Position numbers and translations under genes: made by a program
Shown here: one piece after another, positions 10,538-20,746 of the stretch
Position numbering within the stretch: position 1 is the stretch's first letter
How the letters are laid out: the number at the start of each line of letters is the position of its first letter
Source of the DNA: an uncultured Hormoscilla sp.
GTDB taxonomy: Bacteria > Cyanobacteriota > Cyanobacteriia > Cyanobacteriales > Desertifilaceae
Direction of reading: 5' to 3'
Length of the DNA stretch: 64,000 nt
Assembly: GCA_963921275.4 (NCBI GenBank)
Contig: OZ001293.3
Coordinates: forward strand, 128,001-192,000
Notes under the pieces: model-generated
The model's input: the letters and a program-made list of their open reading frames with translations, nothing else
What the model was told of the DNA's origin: nothing
Database searches by the model: none

Positions 10538-10783
10538 AAGTTGCCTAGTTGATTGTTGATTGTGAAAATAATTAATCGGGCAAAATATTGCTGACGAGAC
10601 ATCATCAACCATCAACAATCAACTAGGCCCGATCGGGCAGGCAAATAAGTAGTAGGACATGTTTGTAAATCTGTAAACTTTGGGAAAGGGAAAAATGATA
10701 GGTGGTAATTATTCAACTGACAACTAACAAATAACAAATAACAAATAACAACTGATAACTGACTTAATACTTAATAGCAAATT

Positions 10784-11872
10784 ATGCGCGAGCAACGGAT
10801 TACGTTTTCCCTTTCCGGTCTGCTGCTGATCGTAGCATCAGTCTTGTCGATAGTAGTGTTGTGGCAGCTACAGAGTCTGCTCATAATTTTGATGATTTCG
10901 GTAGTGCTAGCAGCTTCAATTGCACCCTTGGTAGAGGCAGCTGAAAGGTGGCACATCCCGCGTTGGTTGGGGACGATCTTCGTTTACCTCACCCTGTTAT
11001 CTGGATTAACAGGGGTAGGACTGTTGCTAGGTCCAGCAGTAACCGAACAAATTCAGCTTCTAGTAAAGGGGCTGCCAGTCTATGCCGAAAAGTTAATCGC
11101 CGTGGCGGAGGATACAATAACGAGATGGAATGACATTCCGTCAGATATATTCGAGTTCTTTGATGTCCAGCAGTTCACAAGCTGGCTGTTCCGTTCCAGC
11201 CAACAGCTAGTATTGCGATCCTATAGTATCACCAGGGGAATTTTGGGTGCCGTGATTAGCCTAATTCTCTCTTTGTTTATTTCTGGCTACATGGTAGCGG
11301 ATAGTCAAACCCTAGTACGCAGTGTCGTGCGTCTGTTTCCCCAACCTTGGGAGGAACGTTTGGCAGCTCAAGTGCCGATTATTAGTTACCGCATGGGCAG
11401 TTATATTCGGGGCCGACTTTTGGTTTCCTTGATTTTAGGCATAGTCACGACTGTCGGGTTGGGCTTTTTGGGGCTGCGGGAGTTTTCTCTCGGGTTAGGA
11501 GTCATCGCTGGTGTCACAAATTTAATCCCCTTTATCGGACCAGTTTTGGGGGCAATTCCGGCTTTGGTGGTGGCGATCGCCGCTGGGGGATGGAAGTTTC
11601 TCTGGATATTGCTGTTCTTCGTGGTGATCCAGAATATAGAAACCTATGTCCTCGATCCCTTTCTGGTAGGTTCTTCTGTAGGGTTACACCCCCTCTACCA
11701 GTTGCTAGCAGTGGTGGGAGGTACGCAAATTTTCGGTATTATTGGAGCGTTGATCGTACCGCCTTGGGTGGCAGGTGCAGCTGCTTTGATCGAGAATCTG
11801 TATTTAGAGCCTAAGCAGCGGGCCGAACAGAAAACGATCGTCATTTCCCCCGAGACAAATATGCCTCAGTGA
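10784..11872 (+). CDS. AI-2E family transporter
   Basis: Multi-TM; NLIPFIGP, QNIE, VGLHP motifs. Confidence 0.9.
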   Translation: MREQRITFSLSGLLLIVASVLSIVVLWQLQSLLIILMISVVLAASIAPLVEAAERWHIPRWLGTIFVYLTLLSGLTGVGLLLGPAVTEQIQLLVKGLPVYAEKLIAVAEDTITRWNDIPSDIFEFFDVQQFTSWLFRSSQQLVLRSYSITRGILGAVISLILSLFISGYMVADSQTLVRSVVRLFPQPWEERLAAQVPIISYRMGSYIRGRLLVSLILGIVTTVGLGFLGLREFSLGLGVIAGVTNLIPFIGPVLGAIPALVVAIAAGGWKFLWILLFFVVIQNIETYVLDPFLVGSSVGLHPLYQLLAVVGGTQIFGIIGALIVPPWVAGAAALIENLYLEPKQRAEQKTIVISPETNMPQ

Positions 11873-12222
11873 TTTGAGTTGTCAGTTGCGCAGGACGGCC
11901 AGATCGCCTGTCCGGAGGTCCGGAGGTCCTCACTGCTCAGCTGGATATGCTCCCTCGAATCATCGAAGGGGATTTTATTGCTAATTTTGATCTTACCTCT
12001 AAGTACCGCTCGCAGCAATCGATTCACAGCTCTTTGCTCTTGTTCGTCCAGGGACTCATCTAATATGGCGGCCATCAGTCCATAGCGGTCAGTTAGAGTG
12101 AGCACGCCACTGTCGCTACTAGAGGCGAAAATTTCTGCAATAGCACCAGGTATAAGTTGAACTTGTGGTAACATATCATTACATTTAACCCTACTATTCC
12201 CATATCTCTCTTTTTTACTCAT
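11866..12222 (-). CDS. Conserved cyanobacterial hypothetical protein
   Basis: LT.TDRYGLMAAIL..SL.EQE.RAV.RLL motif; start uncertain. Confidence 0.6.
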   Translation of the reverse strand: MSKKERYGNSRVKCNDMLPQVQLIPGAIAEIFASSSDSGVLTLTDRYGLMAAILDESLDEQEQRAVNRLLRAVLRGKIKISNKIPFDDSREHIQLSSEDLRTSGQAIWPSCATDNSNH

Positions 12223-12417
12223 GGCAATCTGTGATACACATCATCTGTGCCAGTGATGGTAAACACAGCCGATCCCCGATAGATGATGTATCGGGGGGCT
12301 GAAGGTATGGGGGTTGGCGCAGCAGTAGGAGTTATGTATAATTTTGCAGCAGTTGCCATTGTAGCACAGCAGCAGATGGGATATGCTTAAAGTTGTTCTT
12401 ACCGAAGCTGTTGTCTT

Positions 12418-14602
12418 ATGACTCAAAGGCCGCAGATATGTGAAAATCTGCCAGAACAGGTGGAGAAGATACTGGGACTATTGCATCAAGAGCCATCTTT
12501 GCGGAGTCAGGATGTCTCAGCTGTACAGGGGTCCCTGAAAAAGGCGATCGCGCCCAAATTTGAAATCGTATTTGCGGGTGCTTTCAGTGCGGGAAAGTCG
12601 ATGTTAATGAATGGGCTGCTGGAACGGGAATTGCTCTATAGTGCTGAAGGGCATGCTACGGGCACCCAATGCTATATTGAATATGCCGAACCAGATGCAG
12701 AGCGAGTGGTCCTCACCTTCTCGAGTGCAGCGGAAATTAAAACACAGGCGATGGCGTTGTGTCAGGGACTGGGAATGTCTGCTGCTACGAAGATCGACGA
12801 GTCCGAAGTGGTCGATCTGCTGGGCCAAGGATGTAAAGCTATTATTCAGACAGAGGGTGGCGAGGGTAAGTCAGAACGGGCTAAACAGGCCCGGGCCTTG
12901 ATGCTGCTGCTGTCCGGGTACGAGAAAAATCGCGATCGCATCCACCCTAGCAACAATGCTACCTACTCCATGGAGCAATTTGATTTCTCGAACCTGAAGG
13001 AAGCTGCGAGTTATGCGCGACGTAGCAGTAACTCTGCTGTCCTCAAGCGGATCGAGTATTATTGCTATCATCCTCTGTTGCAGGATGGCAACGTGTTAAT
13101 AGATATGCCCGGCATTGACGCCCCTGTCAAGCAGGACGCGGAACTGACTTATCAGAAAATTGCCGATCCAGAAACTTCAGCAGTTATCTGCGTGCTCAAA
13201 CCTGCTTCAGCAGGAGATGTGACGACGGAAGAAACGGAACTGTTGGAGAATATCCGCGAAAATCCCGGCATTCGCGATCGGGTGTTTTACGTCTTCAACC
13301 GCATTGACGAGACTTGGTACAATACCCAGTTGAGGAGGCGATTAGATGATTTAATCGGTTCTCAGTTTGCCGATAGCAGTCGGGTTTACAAAACTAGCGG
13401 TTTGTTGGGGTTCTACGGAAGTCAGATTAAAGGAACCAGCGGACGCGATCGCTTTGGGTTAGATTCTGTTTTTGCCGAAAGCGTGAAAACCATGGACGGA
13501 GAGGAGGAGACGCTGCAATTTGTCTATGAGTTTAATCGCTACTGCACCTCTGGTAAACTTTCTCCGAGTAAATTTCGGATTTCTGTGAATGGTTTTGAAA
13601 CTCCGAATCAGAATTACGTGCGGATAATGGCGGAACAGGGGACGGCCCTGATGGAACAGTTGATTGCAGATAGCGGGATAGAGGAATTCAAAAGTGCCAT
13701 TACCCGTTATCTGACGGAGGAAAAGCGTCCCCAACTGTTTGCTAATCTCGCAGATGACTTGCAACCTCTATGCATTAGCTTGCGCAAGCATTATCTCAGC
13801 ATTCAGCGGGATCTAGACAGTCAACCCCGGGAAATTGCAGGGATGAAGGCCCGGGAGTTAGAACAACTGAACCAGCAGTTACAGCAGGTGGGGGAAGCTT
13901 TTTATCAGCAGGTGGAAGCGGAAGTCAATCAGGTGGTGACTAACCGCTGTCGGGAGTTAGAATCTGATTTTGAGAAGCTTCAGTCTCGGATGGTGCGCCG
14001 CTTGGATGAGTTGTTAGATACCTTTTCCGTGCGATCGGCCTACGAACAAGCAACTCTCAGTCATCCCCGCAATGCTACCGCCCCCTTATTGGCAGTTTTG
14101 GTGGAGGCCCTTTACGCGATCGCGAACCAGTTGGAAGATATTTTAGTTGAAGCTTGTCAGTCAATTACTGCTGAAGCTAGATTTTGAGCCGAAAGTTTCT
14201 GCTACAGTGCGGCGCAATTTCCGCCAGGTAATCAACCAAACCCTGAAAACCCAGTTGTTGCCAGCAGCAGCACGGCAGCAAGAGGAAATTTTGAGCAGAT
14301 ACAGTCAAGCGCGGGCATTTTTAGGACAAACTCTGGAAAAAGAAGCAGAAGAACTGATCGCCAATAATCAGCGGTTGCTGAGTGAGGTCGAGCAAAAGAT
14401 CGAGCAGTATAATCAAGCAGTAGGGGGAATAAATGCTTGTCTGAAGGCCATGCAATTGGACCGGCATCAGTTGCCCATGATTGCCGAAGAAGAATTGCTG
14501 CCAGTTGATAATGGTTCAGAAGCAAACACCGCGATACCCGACGCGATACCCGACGCGATACCCGACGCGATACCCGACGCGATACCCGACGCGATACCCT
14601 AA
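12418..14602 (+). pseudogene. Dynamin-like GTPase, split near 14170 (frameshift, probably with internal deletion)
   Basis: GAFSAGKS, DMPG, NRID; C-terminal helical part lies in a second frame. Confidence 0.8.
14531..14600 (+). repeat. 12-bp tandem GCGATACCCGAC x~6 (AIPD repeats)
   Basis: Direct inspection. Confidence 0.9.
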
Positions 14603-14724
14603 AGGGTATCGCTACATGGACAAAGCCCGCCTGCGCGGGCTAGGCTTTTGTAGGGTGGGCTAGGCTTTTGTAGGCACCGCCCACCAGCAGCAGGTTGTTA
14701 TGATGGGAGAAATTATTCTCAGGA

Positions 14725-15126
14725 ATGGAGATGGAAATGGAAGATAATATATCTTGGCACAACTTGAGTGATGATGATGTTTTGTCATTCGATCGGGGTG
14801 ATTCTACGTTCAGAGTAGGAAGATTTAAGCAATTAGTAAAGCAGACCTTAGATGCGAAAGAAGTAGGATATTATCTATTACAAGAATTCCAAAAAATAGG
14901 CATAAAAGTTGAAATGCCTATATATTTTACCGGGGAGGATACTGAACGTGAAAAATGGTTTATAGAAGGAGCAGATTGTGAAATAATGAAAACTAAGGAA
15001 CCAGGCTGGAAAAAAGCAAAAGCTCGCTTGAAAATCGCAATTGAGGTTTGGTCTGAGGAACCCGAAACTAGCGAACCGGAATCGCCCCTTGACGATCTGC
15101 GGCAAAAGCTAAGTGATGAGAGTTGA
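14725..15126 (+). CDS. KGK domain protein
   Basis: WF.EG.DCEI...GWKKAK.RL; ESPLDDLRQ tail. Confidence 0.85.
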   Translation: MEMEMEDNISWHNLSDDDVLSFDRGDSTFRVGRFKQLVKQTLDAKEVGYYLLQEFQKIGIKVEMPIYFTGEDTEREKWFIEGADCEIMKTKEPGWKKAKARLKIAIEVWSEEPETSEPESPLDDLRQKLSDES

Positions 15127-15189
15127 CAGTTGAGATTGGTAATTGATGAAAATAACAATTATTAGTGCGATCGCAGGTTAAGATTGGCA

Positions 15190-15417
15190 ATGGTGACAAT
15201 AACAGTTGATGTGAATAAGGTAGAGATGAGCTTAAAAGAGTTATTATCTCTCGTAAGCGAAGGTACAGAAATTGTCCTTACTGAAAATAATATTCTCCGG
15301 GCCCGTTTAGTCCCGATCGCCTCACAAACATTGCCGCGTATTGCGGGATTATGTTCGGGACAAGGAATGCTGCGCGATCGACCATTACCCGACGAATTCT
15401 GGACAGGGGGTGCATGA
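15190..15417 (+). CDS. Phd/YefM-like antitoxin; partner truncated after ATGAAGCTG
   Basis: LKELLSLV..G.EIVLT....ARLVP..PR.AGL; PLPDEFW. Confidence 0.7.
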   Translation: MVTITVDVNKVEMSLKELLSLVSEGTEIVLTENNILRARLVPIASQTLPRIAGLCSGQGMLRDRPLPDEFWTGGA

Positions 15418-15421
15418 AGCT

Positions 15422-15505
15422 GGTTGACAGCATAGTTTGTTTGACGATATACTATAAATAACAGTAATTAGCTAACAGTAGCATTACTGTGGTATAATCG
15501 GCAGA
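15422..15505 (+). promoter_or_regulatory. Promoter-like module (second copy at 17163-17250)
   Basis: TTGACA-N18-TATACT plus a downstream TGTGGTATAAT. Confidence 0.6.
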
Positions 15506-15566
15506 GAGTATTGGCGAAAGGGTGCATCTCAATTTAGCAAGGGCGAAGCAAGCGGCAAATATAACC

Positions 15567-15851
15567 ATGACTCAAACACATCTGTCTGAACCAAATCAGG
15601 AATATACTCTCCAGGCCGGAGAGGGAGGTAACTTACTGCTGCCAGTACCAGTGCAGCAGCAGCTCAACCTTAAACTAGGCGATCGCCTTACCCTGACTGT
15701 GGAGGCAGATGGTAGCTTACGCCTAGTTAGCTTACGCCAACAAGTCCAGAAACTTCAGGGACTTTTCAAAGACATTGCGCCAGGAGTTAGTCTTGCAGAT
15801 GAACTGATTCAAGAACGGTGTGAAGAAGCTCGTCGAGAGAGCGAAAAATGA
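15567..15851 (+). CDS. AbrB/MazE-family antitoxin
   Basis: G.L.LP..V.Q.L.L..GD.L; SLADELI.ER; overlaps toxin start. Confidence 0.85.
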   Translation: MTQTHLSEPNQEYTLQAGEGGNLLLPVPVQQQLNLKLGDRLTLTVEADGSLRLVSLRQQVQKLQGLFKDIAPGVSLADELIQERCEEARRESEK

Positions 15852-16255
15852 ATAGTCCAGTTGCAGTTTTAGATGCATCAGCTCTCTTAGCTTATTTGCA
15901 AGGGGAACCAGGTGCAGAGCGAGTTGCGGAAGTCTTAGTGCTCGGTGCCGCGATCAGTTCAGTAAACTGGGCAGAAACCCTTACCAAATTAGCTGAGCGC
16001 GGTCAAGACCCCGAGGCAGTGGCTACCCAATTGCGCGATCGAGGTCTATTAAACAAGACTCTATTGGTCTACCCAGTAGACGAGAGTCTGGCGCGTAAGA
16101 TAGCTCAACTACGTTTGCCAACCCGTTCTGAGGGACTATCTCTAGGCGATCGCGCTTGTCTTGCTCTCGCGAGTCAACTTAAAAAACCAGTGATCACTAC
16201 AGACCGAGCCTGGAACAGCTTAAATTTAGCCGTGGAGATCCGTTTAATTCGCTAA
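15848..16255 (+). CDS. vapC: VapC PIN toxin
   Basis: VLDASALLA, LSLGDRACLA, TTDR. Confidence 0.92.
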   Translation: MNSPVAVLDASALLAYLQGEPGAERVAEVLVLGAAISSVNWAETLTKLAERGQDPEAVATQLRDRGLLNKTLLVYPVDESLARKIAQLRLPTRSEGLSLGDRACLALASQLKKPVITTDRAWNSLNLAVEIRLIR

Positions 16256-16460
16256 TTTATCTGATATTTGTCCAGTTTTTCGCATCAAAAGCATTTACCT
16301 TATGGAAGTAATTGCTTGCCCAAAAATGGGTCGTAAAACATACTTTATGCACGACAAGGTGAATTGCGTAAAAATTAAATTTTTGAGTAGCTTCGCGAAC
16401 ATTGACATTAATATCAGTACAGCGAAAAGAGTTGGCAGGACAATTGTACGGGAGGTTGAC

Positions 16461-16823
16461 ATGGAATAAAAATTTACAACATGTGGTGATGATACTGTTG
16501 TATCATGGCAATCTACCACATTCAAGGTATCTATATTGAATGAAGCAATCCGGAAAATATTGTTAGAGGAAACAGATATAGTTCGTGACTCCCTATACAA
16601 TAATATAGGTTATCGTATAGGTTACAATCTTTTTAAAACAATATTAAGTGATGGGATAGATTATGAAATTCTAGAACCAGGTGCAAAGGGATGGCAGAAA
16701 GGAAAAATGAGACTGTGAGTCAATGTGGAGGTAGCGCTGATCCCGGAAGAACCAGAACCAGAAACCACTGAACCAGAATCACCCCTGGATGACTTGCGAC
16801 AAAAATTAAGAGATGAGACTTGA
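16461..16823 (+). pseudogene. KGK protein with two in-frame stops
   Basis: ME*KF...GWQKGKMRL*VNV...ESPLDDLRQ. Confidence 0.8.
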
Positions 16824-16879
16824 CAGGGTTGACAGCTTTTTAGACAAGGTTTGCAGTCGGTTGAAAACCGACTTTAGCC

Positions 16880-17060
16880 TCGTTATTACGCAAATTGGCT
16901 TGGGTATGGTATAGATTGTGAAATACTCACACCAGGGAAAAAAAGATGGCAGAAAGGAAAAATGAGACTGAAAGTCAACGTGAAGGTAGAGTTTATCCCG
17001 GACGAACCAGAAACAACTGAACCAGAATCACCCCTAGATGACTTGCGCCAAAAGCTGTGA
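16880..17060 (+). pseudogene. KGK C-terminal fragment
   Basis: GIDCEIL.PG..WQKGKMRL..ESPLDDLRQKL. Confidence 0.75.
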
Positions 17061-17073
17061 GAGTAAAATTGAC

Positions 17074-17163
17074 ATGAAAGAAATAAAGAAAACTCCCCGG
17101 CTCCAAATTCCCCCAGAGGTGCGGAAATATGTATTATCTCGGGACTGTTACCAATACCAAAGG
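17074..17163 (+). pseudogene. 5' fragment of the HNH gene
   Basis: Copy of 17646-17735, truncated at GGTTGACAGC. Confidence 0.85.
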
Positions 17164-17293
17164 GTTGACAGCGGAGTTGGTTTGATGCTAGATTATAAAT
17201 AACGGTAATTAGCTAACAGGATCATTCCTGTGGTATAATCTGCAGAGAGGACCAGCGAAAATAGTTAGCAGGACAATTGTATTGGAGGTTGAG

Positions 17294-17644
17294 ATGGTAA
17301 AAAAAATAACGATAAAAGGATGCAGTGATGACGGTGTTTTTTCAGAAAAAGATATCACATTAAAAATATCTCAAGTAATTGATAAATTACAGAAGGCATT
17401 TTCCGATGCTAGTCTAGGAAACCTGGTTTATCGGGAGATAAATATTAGTGGCGTTGATTCCAAAAATTGGTTTGCGGATGGGATAGATTGTGAAATACTA
17501 GAACCAGGTGGAAAGGGATGGTAGAAAGGAAAAATCAGACTGCAAGTCAATGTGGAGGTACAGTTTACCCCGTCCGAACCAGAAACCCCTGAACCAGAAT
17601 CACCCCTGGATGACTTGCGCCAGAAGCTGCAAGAGGAAAATTGA
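17294..17644 (+). pseudogene. KGK protein with nonsense codon at 17522
   Basis: GW*KGKIRL...ESPLDDLRQ. Confidence 0.8.
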
Positions 17645-17645
17645 C

Positions 17646-17900
17646 ATGAAAGAAATCAAGAAAACTCCCCGGATCCAAATTCCCCCAGAGGTGCGGAAAT
17701 ATGTATTCTCTCGGGACTCTTACCAATGCCAAAGCTGTGGCAAAACCCATCAAGAAACAGAACTGACTATAGATCACATTATCGCCCTGGCCCGTGGGGG
17801 CACCAACGACATCAGCAACCTGCAAACCCTGTGCCGTAGCTGTAACCAGCAGAAAAAACACCACTTCGACCCCCGGTTCAAGCGTCACTTCAGTAGCTAG
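17646..17900 (+). CDS. HNH endonuclease
   Basis: CQSCG, IDHII...GG.N...NLQTLC..CN. Confidence 0.92.
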   Translation: MKEIKKTPRIQIPPEVRKYVFSRDSYQCQSCGKTHQETELTIDHIIALARGGTNDISNLQTLCRSCNQQKKHHFDPRFKRHFSS

Positions 17901-17930
17901 TCGGTCCATCTAGGCGCGTTCGCGCCCCCG

Positions 17931-18045
17931 AAGCACTAAAGTGCTTACTACGAACCCCCGAAGCACTAAAGTGCTTACTACGAACCCCCGAAGCACTAAA
18001 GTGCTTACTACGAACCCCCGAAGCACTAAAGTGCTTACTACGAAC
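17931..18045 (+). repeat. Tandem 30-bp AAGCACTAAAGTGCTTACTACGAACCCCCG x4
   Basis: Direct inspection. Confidence 0.9.
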
Positions 18046-18107
18046 GACTCTCTAGACTCCCATCTTTGTTATAAAATTGATTAGCACTCGATCGGAATAA
18101 CAGGTTG

Positions 18108-18985
18108 ATGACAGAAGCCGATCCACTAGCTACCGCTATAACCCCGATCGCAGAGGTGACCGAACGAGCAGCACTTGCACCCCTTGATGTAGAAGAGGTG
18201 TCCCTCGAACAGATCAAAAGCGAAACTCTCCTCAGACTCAGGGAGCCCTCGGATCGGCCCTGGGACTATCCGCTAGCGCAGGCGGTGCAGTCAGCAATGG
18301 CACAGCTGGCGGGCGATCGTCACTGAATTGCGATCGCCCGCCAACGGTTGGCCTGCTGGAGTGCCTCAAACCCCAGAAAACCTGCTTCCCTACGTAGCAG
18401 AAGAAGCCTACGGAGTCTTAAACGCCTTAAAAACATCCCAGATATCTGTAGAAACAGGGGAACATATCGGTCCATTTCTGCCCGGTTCCTTGTTATCTTC
18501 CCAATCGCCATATATTCTGATTGAAGGCTTAACCTTCCGACTGCTGTGGTACATCGCCAGAACTTCCTACGAACTGATGCAACTGATGAGCGGAATCAAA
18601 GCTAGAATCTTACCACCAGGTGAACAGTGGCAAACCGGAATTCTGCGACTGGCAGTCATTTTGACAGCTAAAGCCTCCGATTTTAGCAGTGCTGAATACC
18701 CGACTCGACCAATCTTTACAACTAGATTTAGCCACAGGAGAACCAGTCAAACCCAGTTTCTTTTTGCTGATGAGTGATGCTATAATTGAATTAGCAGAAA
18801 GCGGTTTATCTAAAGAACCAGAACAAGTTGGAGATCTGCTGACTAAGTTAATCGACCAAGTGCAAGCAACCCCTCCCACTCTCAAACTCAGTACCCCGAT
18901 AGAATTGCGAACAGCTGATGAAAATTGGCAACTCGGACTACTTCAACTCAGCATCGACCTAGAATTGATTCCTGATGATAGTTGA
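18108..18985 (+). pseudogene. Fragmented hypothetical gene
   Basis: Three consecutive ORF pieces; PQTPENLLPYV.EEA motif. Confidence 0.5.
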
Positions 18986-19063
18986 TAGTTGTCTTCGGAT
19001 CGCCTGCCCGGAGGTTGTCGTCTGAATTTTGAACTTTTAATTTTTAATTTTGAATTTATTATC

Positions 19064-19747
19064 ATGTACACTTACGCATTTATCAAAACCCCAGAAGTGA
19101 CTCTAGAATTACCCCAAGGGATCAAGGGTGATTTGGAAATTGTCAAGGAAAAGCAAATAGCAGCTATTGTCGAACCAGAAGTTTCTATAGAAACCATTGA
19201 AGCGATTATCCAAGATGACGAACTGCTGAAACATGCCTATATTAGACATGGGTTAGTTGTTAGTGAAACTTGCCGTCAAACTACTATCTTGCCTTTGCGC
19301 TTCTATCACTGTTTTGCCGATCGGGCCAACTTGGCATTGCATTTAGCCACCCATCAAGAGGAATATCTCACCCAACTAACCAACTTATCAGGTAAAGGAG
19401 AATACATTTTGAAATTTATTCGCCAAGAACCACCGGTACAAACCCTTGCTACTGAAGCCAAGGGGCGAGAATATTTTTTAGCTAAAAAGCAACGGTATCA
19501 AATTCAACAAGATTGGAAAATTCAACAAGCCCGGGAACGAGACTCGGTCATCGATCGAGTCTCTCAAGCCTATGGGGATGCGATCGTCGCCGAAGAACAA
19601 GAGCAAATTTATCTATTAATTAACCGCCATGTTGAAGAGTTGCTGTATCAGCAACTACAAAACTGGCAAAAATATTGTCCCAGCTGGGAATTACGCTTGT
19701 CAGATGCCATACCGCCTTATGACTTTTTATCACTCCAGACCACCTAA
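19064..19747 (+). CDS. GvpL/GvpF-family gas vesicle protein
   Basis: H..V....TILPLRF, G..EY.LK, PPY.F. Confidence 0.8.
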   Translation: MYTYAFIKTPEVTLELPQGIKGDLEIVKEKQIAAIVEPEVSIETIEAIIQDDELLKHAYIRHGLVVSETCRQTTILPLRFYHCFADRANLALHLATHQEEYLTQLTNLSGKGEYILKFIRQEPPVQTLATEAKGREYFLAKKQRYQIQQDWKIQQARERDSVIDRVSQAYGDAIVAEEQEQIYLLINRHVEELLYQQLQNWQKYCPSWELRLSDAIPPYDFLSLQTT

Positions 19748-20270
19748 TACCTGACATTTTCTTAATAGCCGGGTACATGTATTATATAATACATACATTT
19801 TCTAAACAACCGGAGTTTGATTTCAGGACTGGCATATGCCATCAGACAGAATTCAACAAAAAATTAAAATATGTTAAGAGAATTTCCGTATTACTTAAAA
19901 ACATCCACAGAATCCTTAAGTAAAGCAAAAGATTTTCACATAGGCAGGGCAGGCTTGATATAAAAGAACTAAGTAGTTGTCATGCAGACAAACAGATCTT
20001 GCTAGTGCTTGCCACAGCAGAAGACCTACGGTCCCGGTCCCAATGCAGTATGCCGATCGTCATGGGTATTTGAGCAAGACAAACCGCAGGTTGGTGTAGT
20101 ATAGTGACGCTAAAGGGGATAATTTACCGGATGTGACACAGAGAATTTGACGTTATTATGAAAAAAATAAGCATTGCAGACAAAAAAAATGGGAGATTTT
20201 CACAAAATTTTCACATTGCCAGGTGAGATTGGAAAAAAAATAAACTTAGCAGTAATTCGGTAAAAAAATC

Positions 20271-20555
20271 ATGTTTCCATCAGTCATAAACGAAAACATA
20301 GTGCAACTATTCAAGTACTGGAGTGAGGGCATTAAAGAAGGGATGAACCATAAAGGCGAATTATACGATCATGTGAGGTCATACCCCTCGGATGCAAGAT
20401 TGCAGGCTTATGAGTTAGGAGGCGAAATGGCCCATTCGGGAATGGATATCTGCCTGACTTGTTCTCAGTCGGGTTATAAGGTCTGGATGAACATGAAATC
20501 ATCGGTGACAGCTTCTGGTATAAAAGCAGAAACGAAACAACCAGTGTTGGCCTAA
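20271..20555 (+). CDS. Conserved hypothetical protein
   Basis: FKYW...GM...LY...Y.VW pattern. Confidence 0.6.
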   Translation: MFPSVINENIVQLFKYWSEGIKEGMNHKGELYDHVRSYPSDARLQAYELGGEMAHSGMDICLTCSQSGYKVWMNMKSSVTASGIKAETKQPVLA

Positions 20556-20746
20556 GAGATCGAGAATGACGGAAATAGTGATGGGAAGGAAGAGACGATC
20601 GCGCGGTTCGTAGTAAACGCAAAGCGCGTTTGCCGCCCTTCCTGGTACTGGTCGGGATAAAAACATGGCTCAATAGCGCCGCATCTGGCCAGAAATCGGG
20701 GCTAAAATAGGAGAAAGCCGAGTAAGCGCAGCACAGCTAAAGACCG

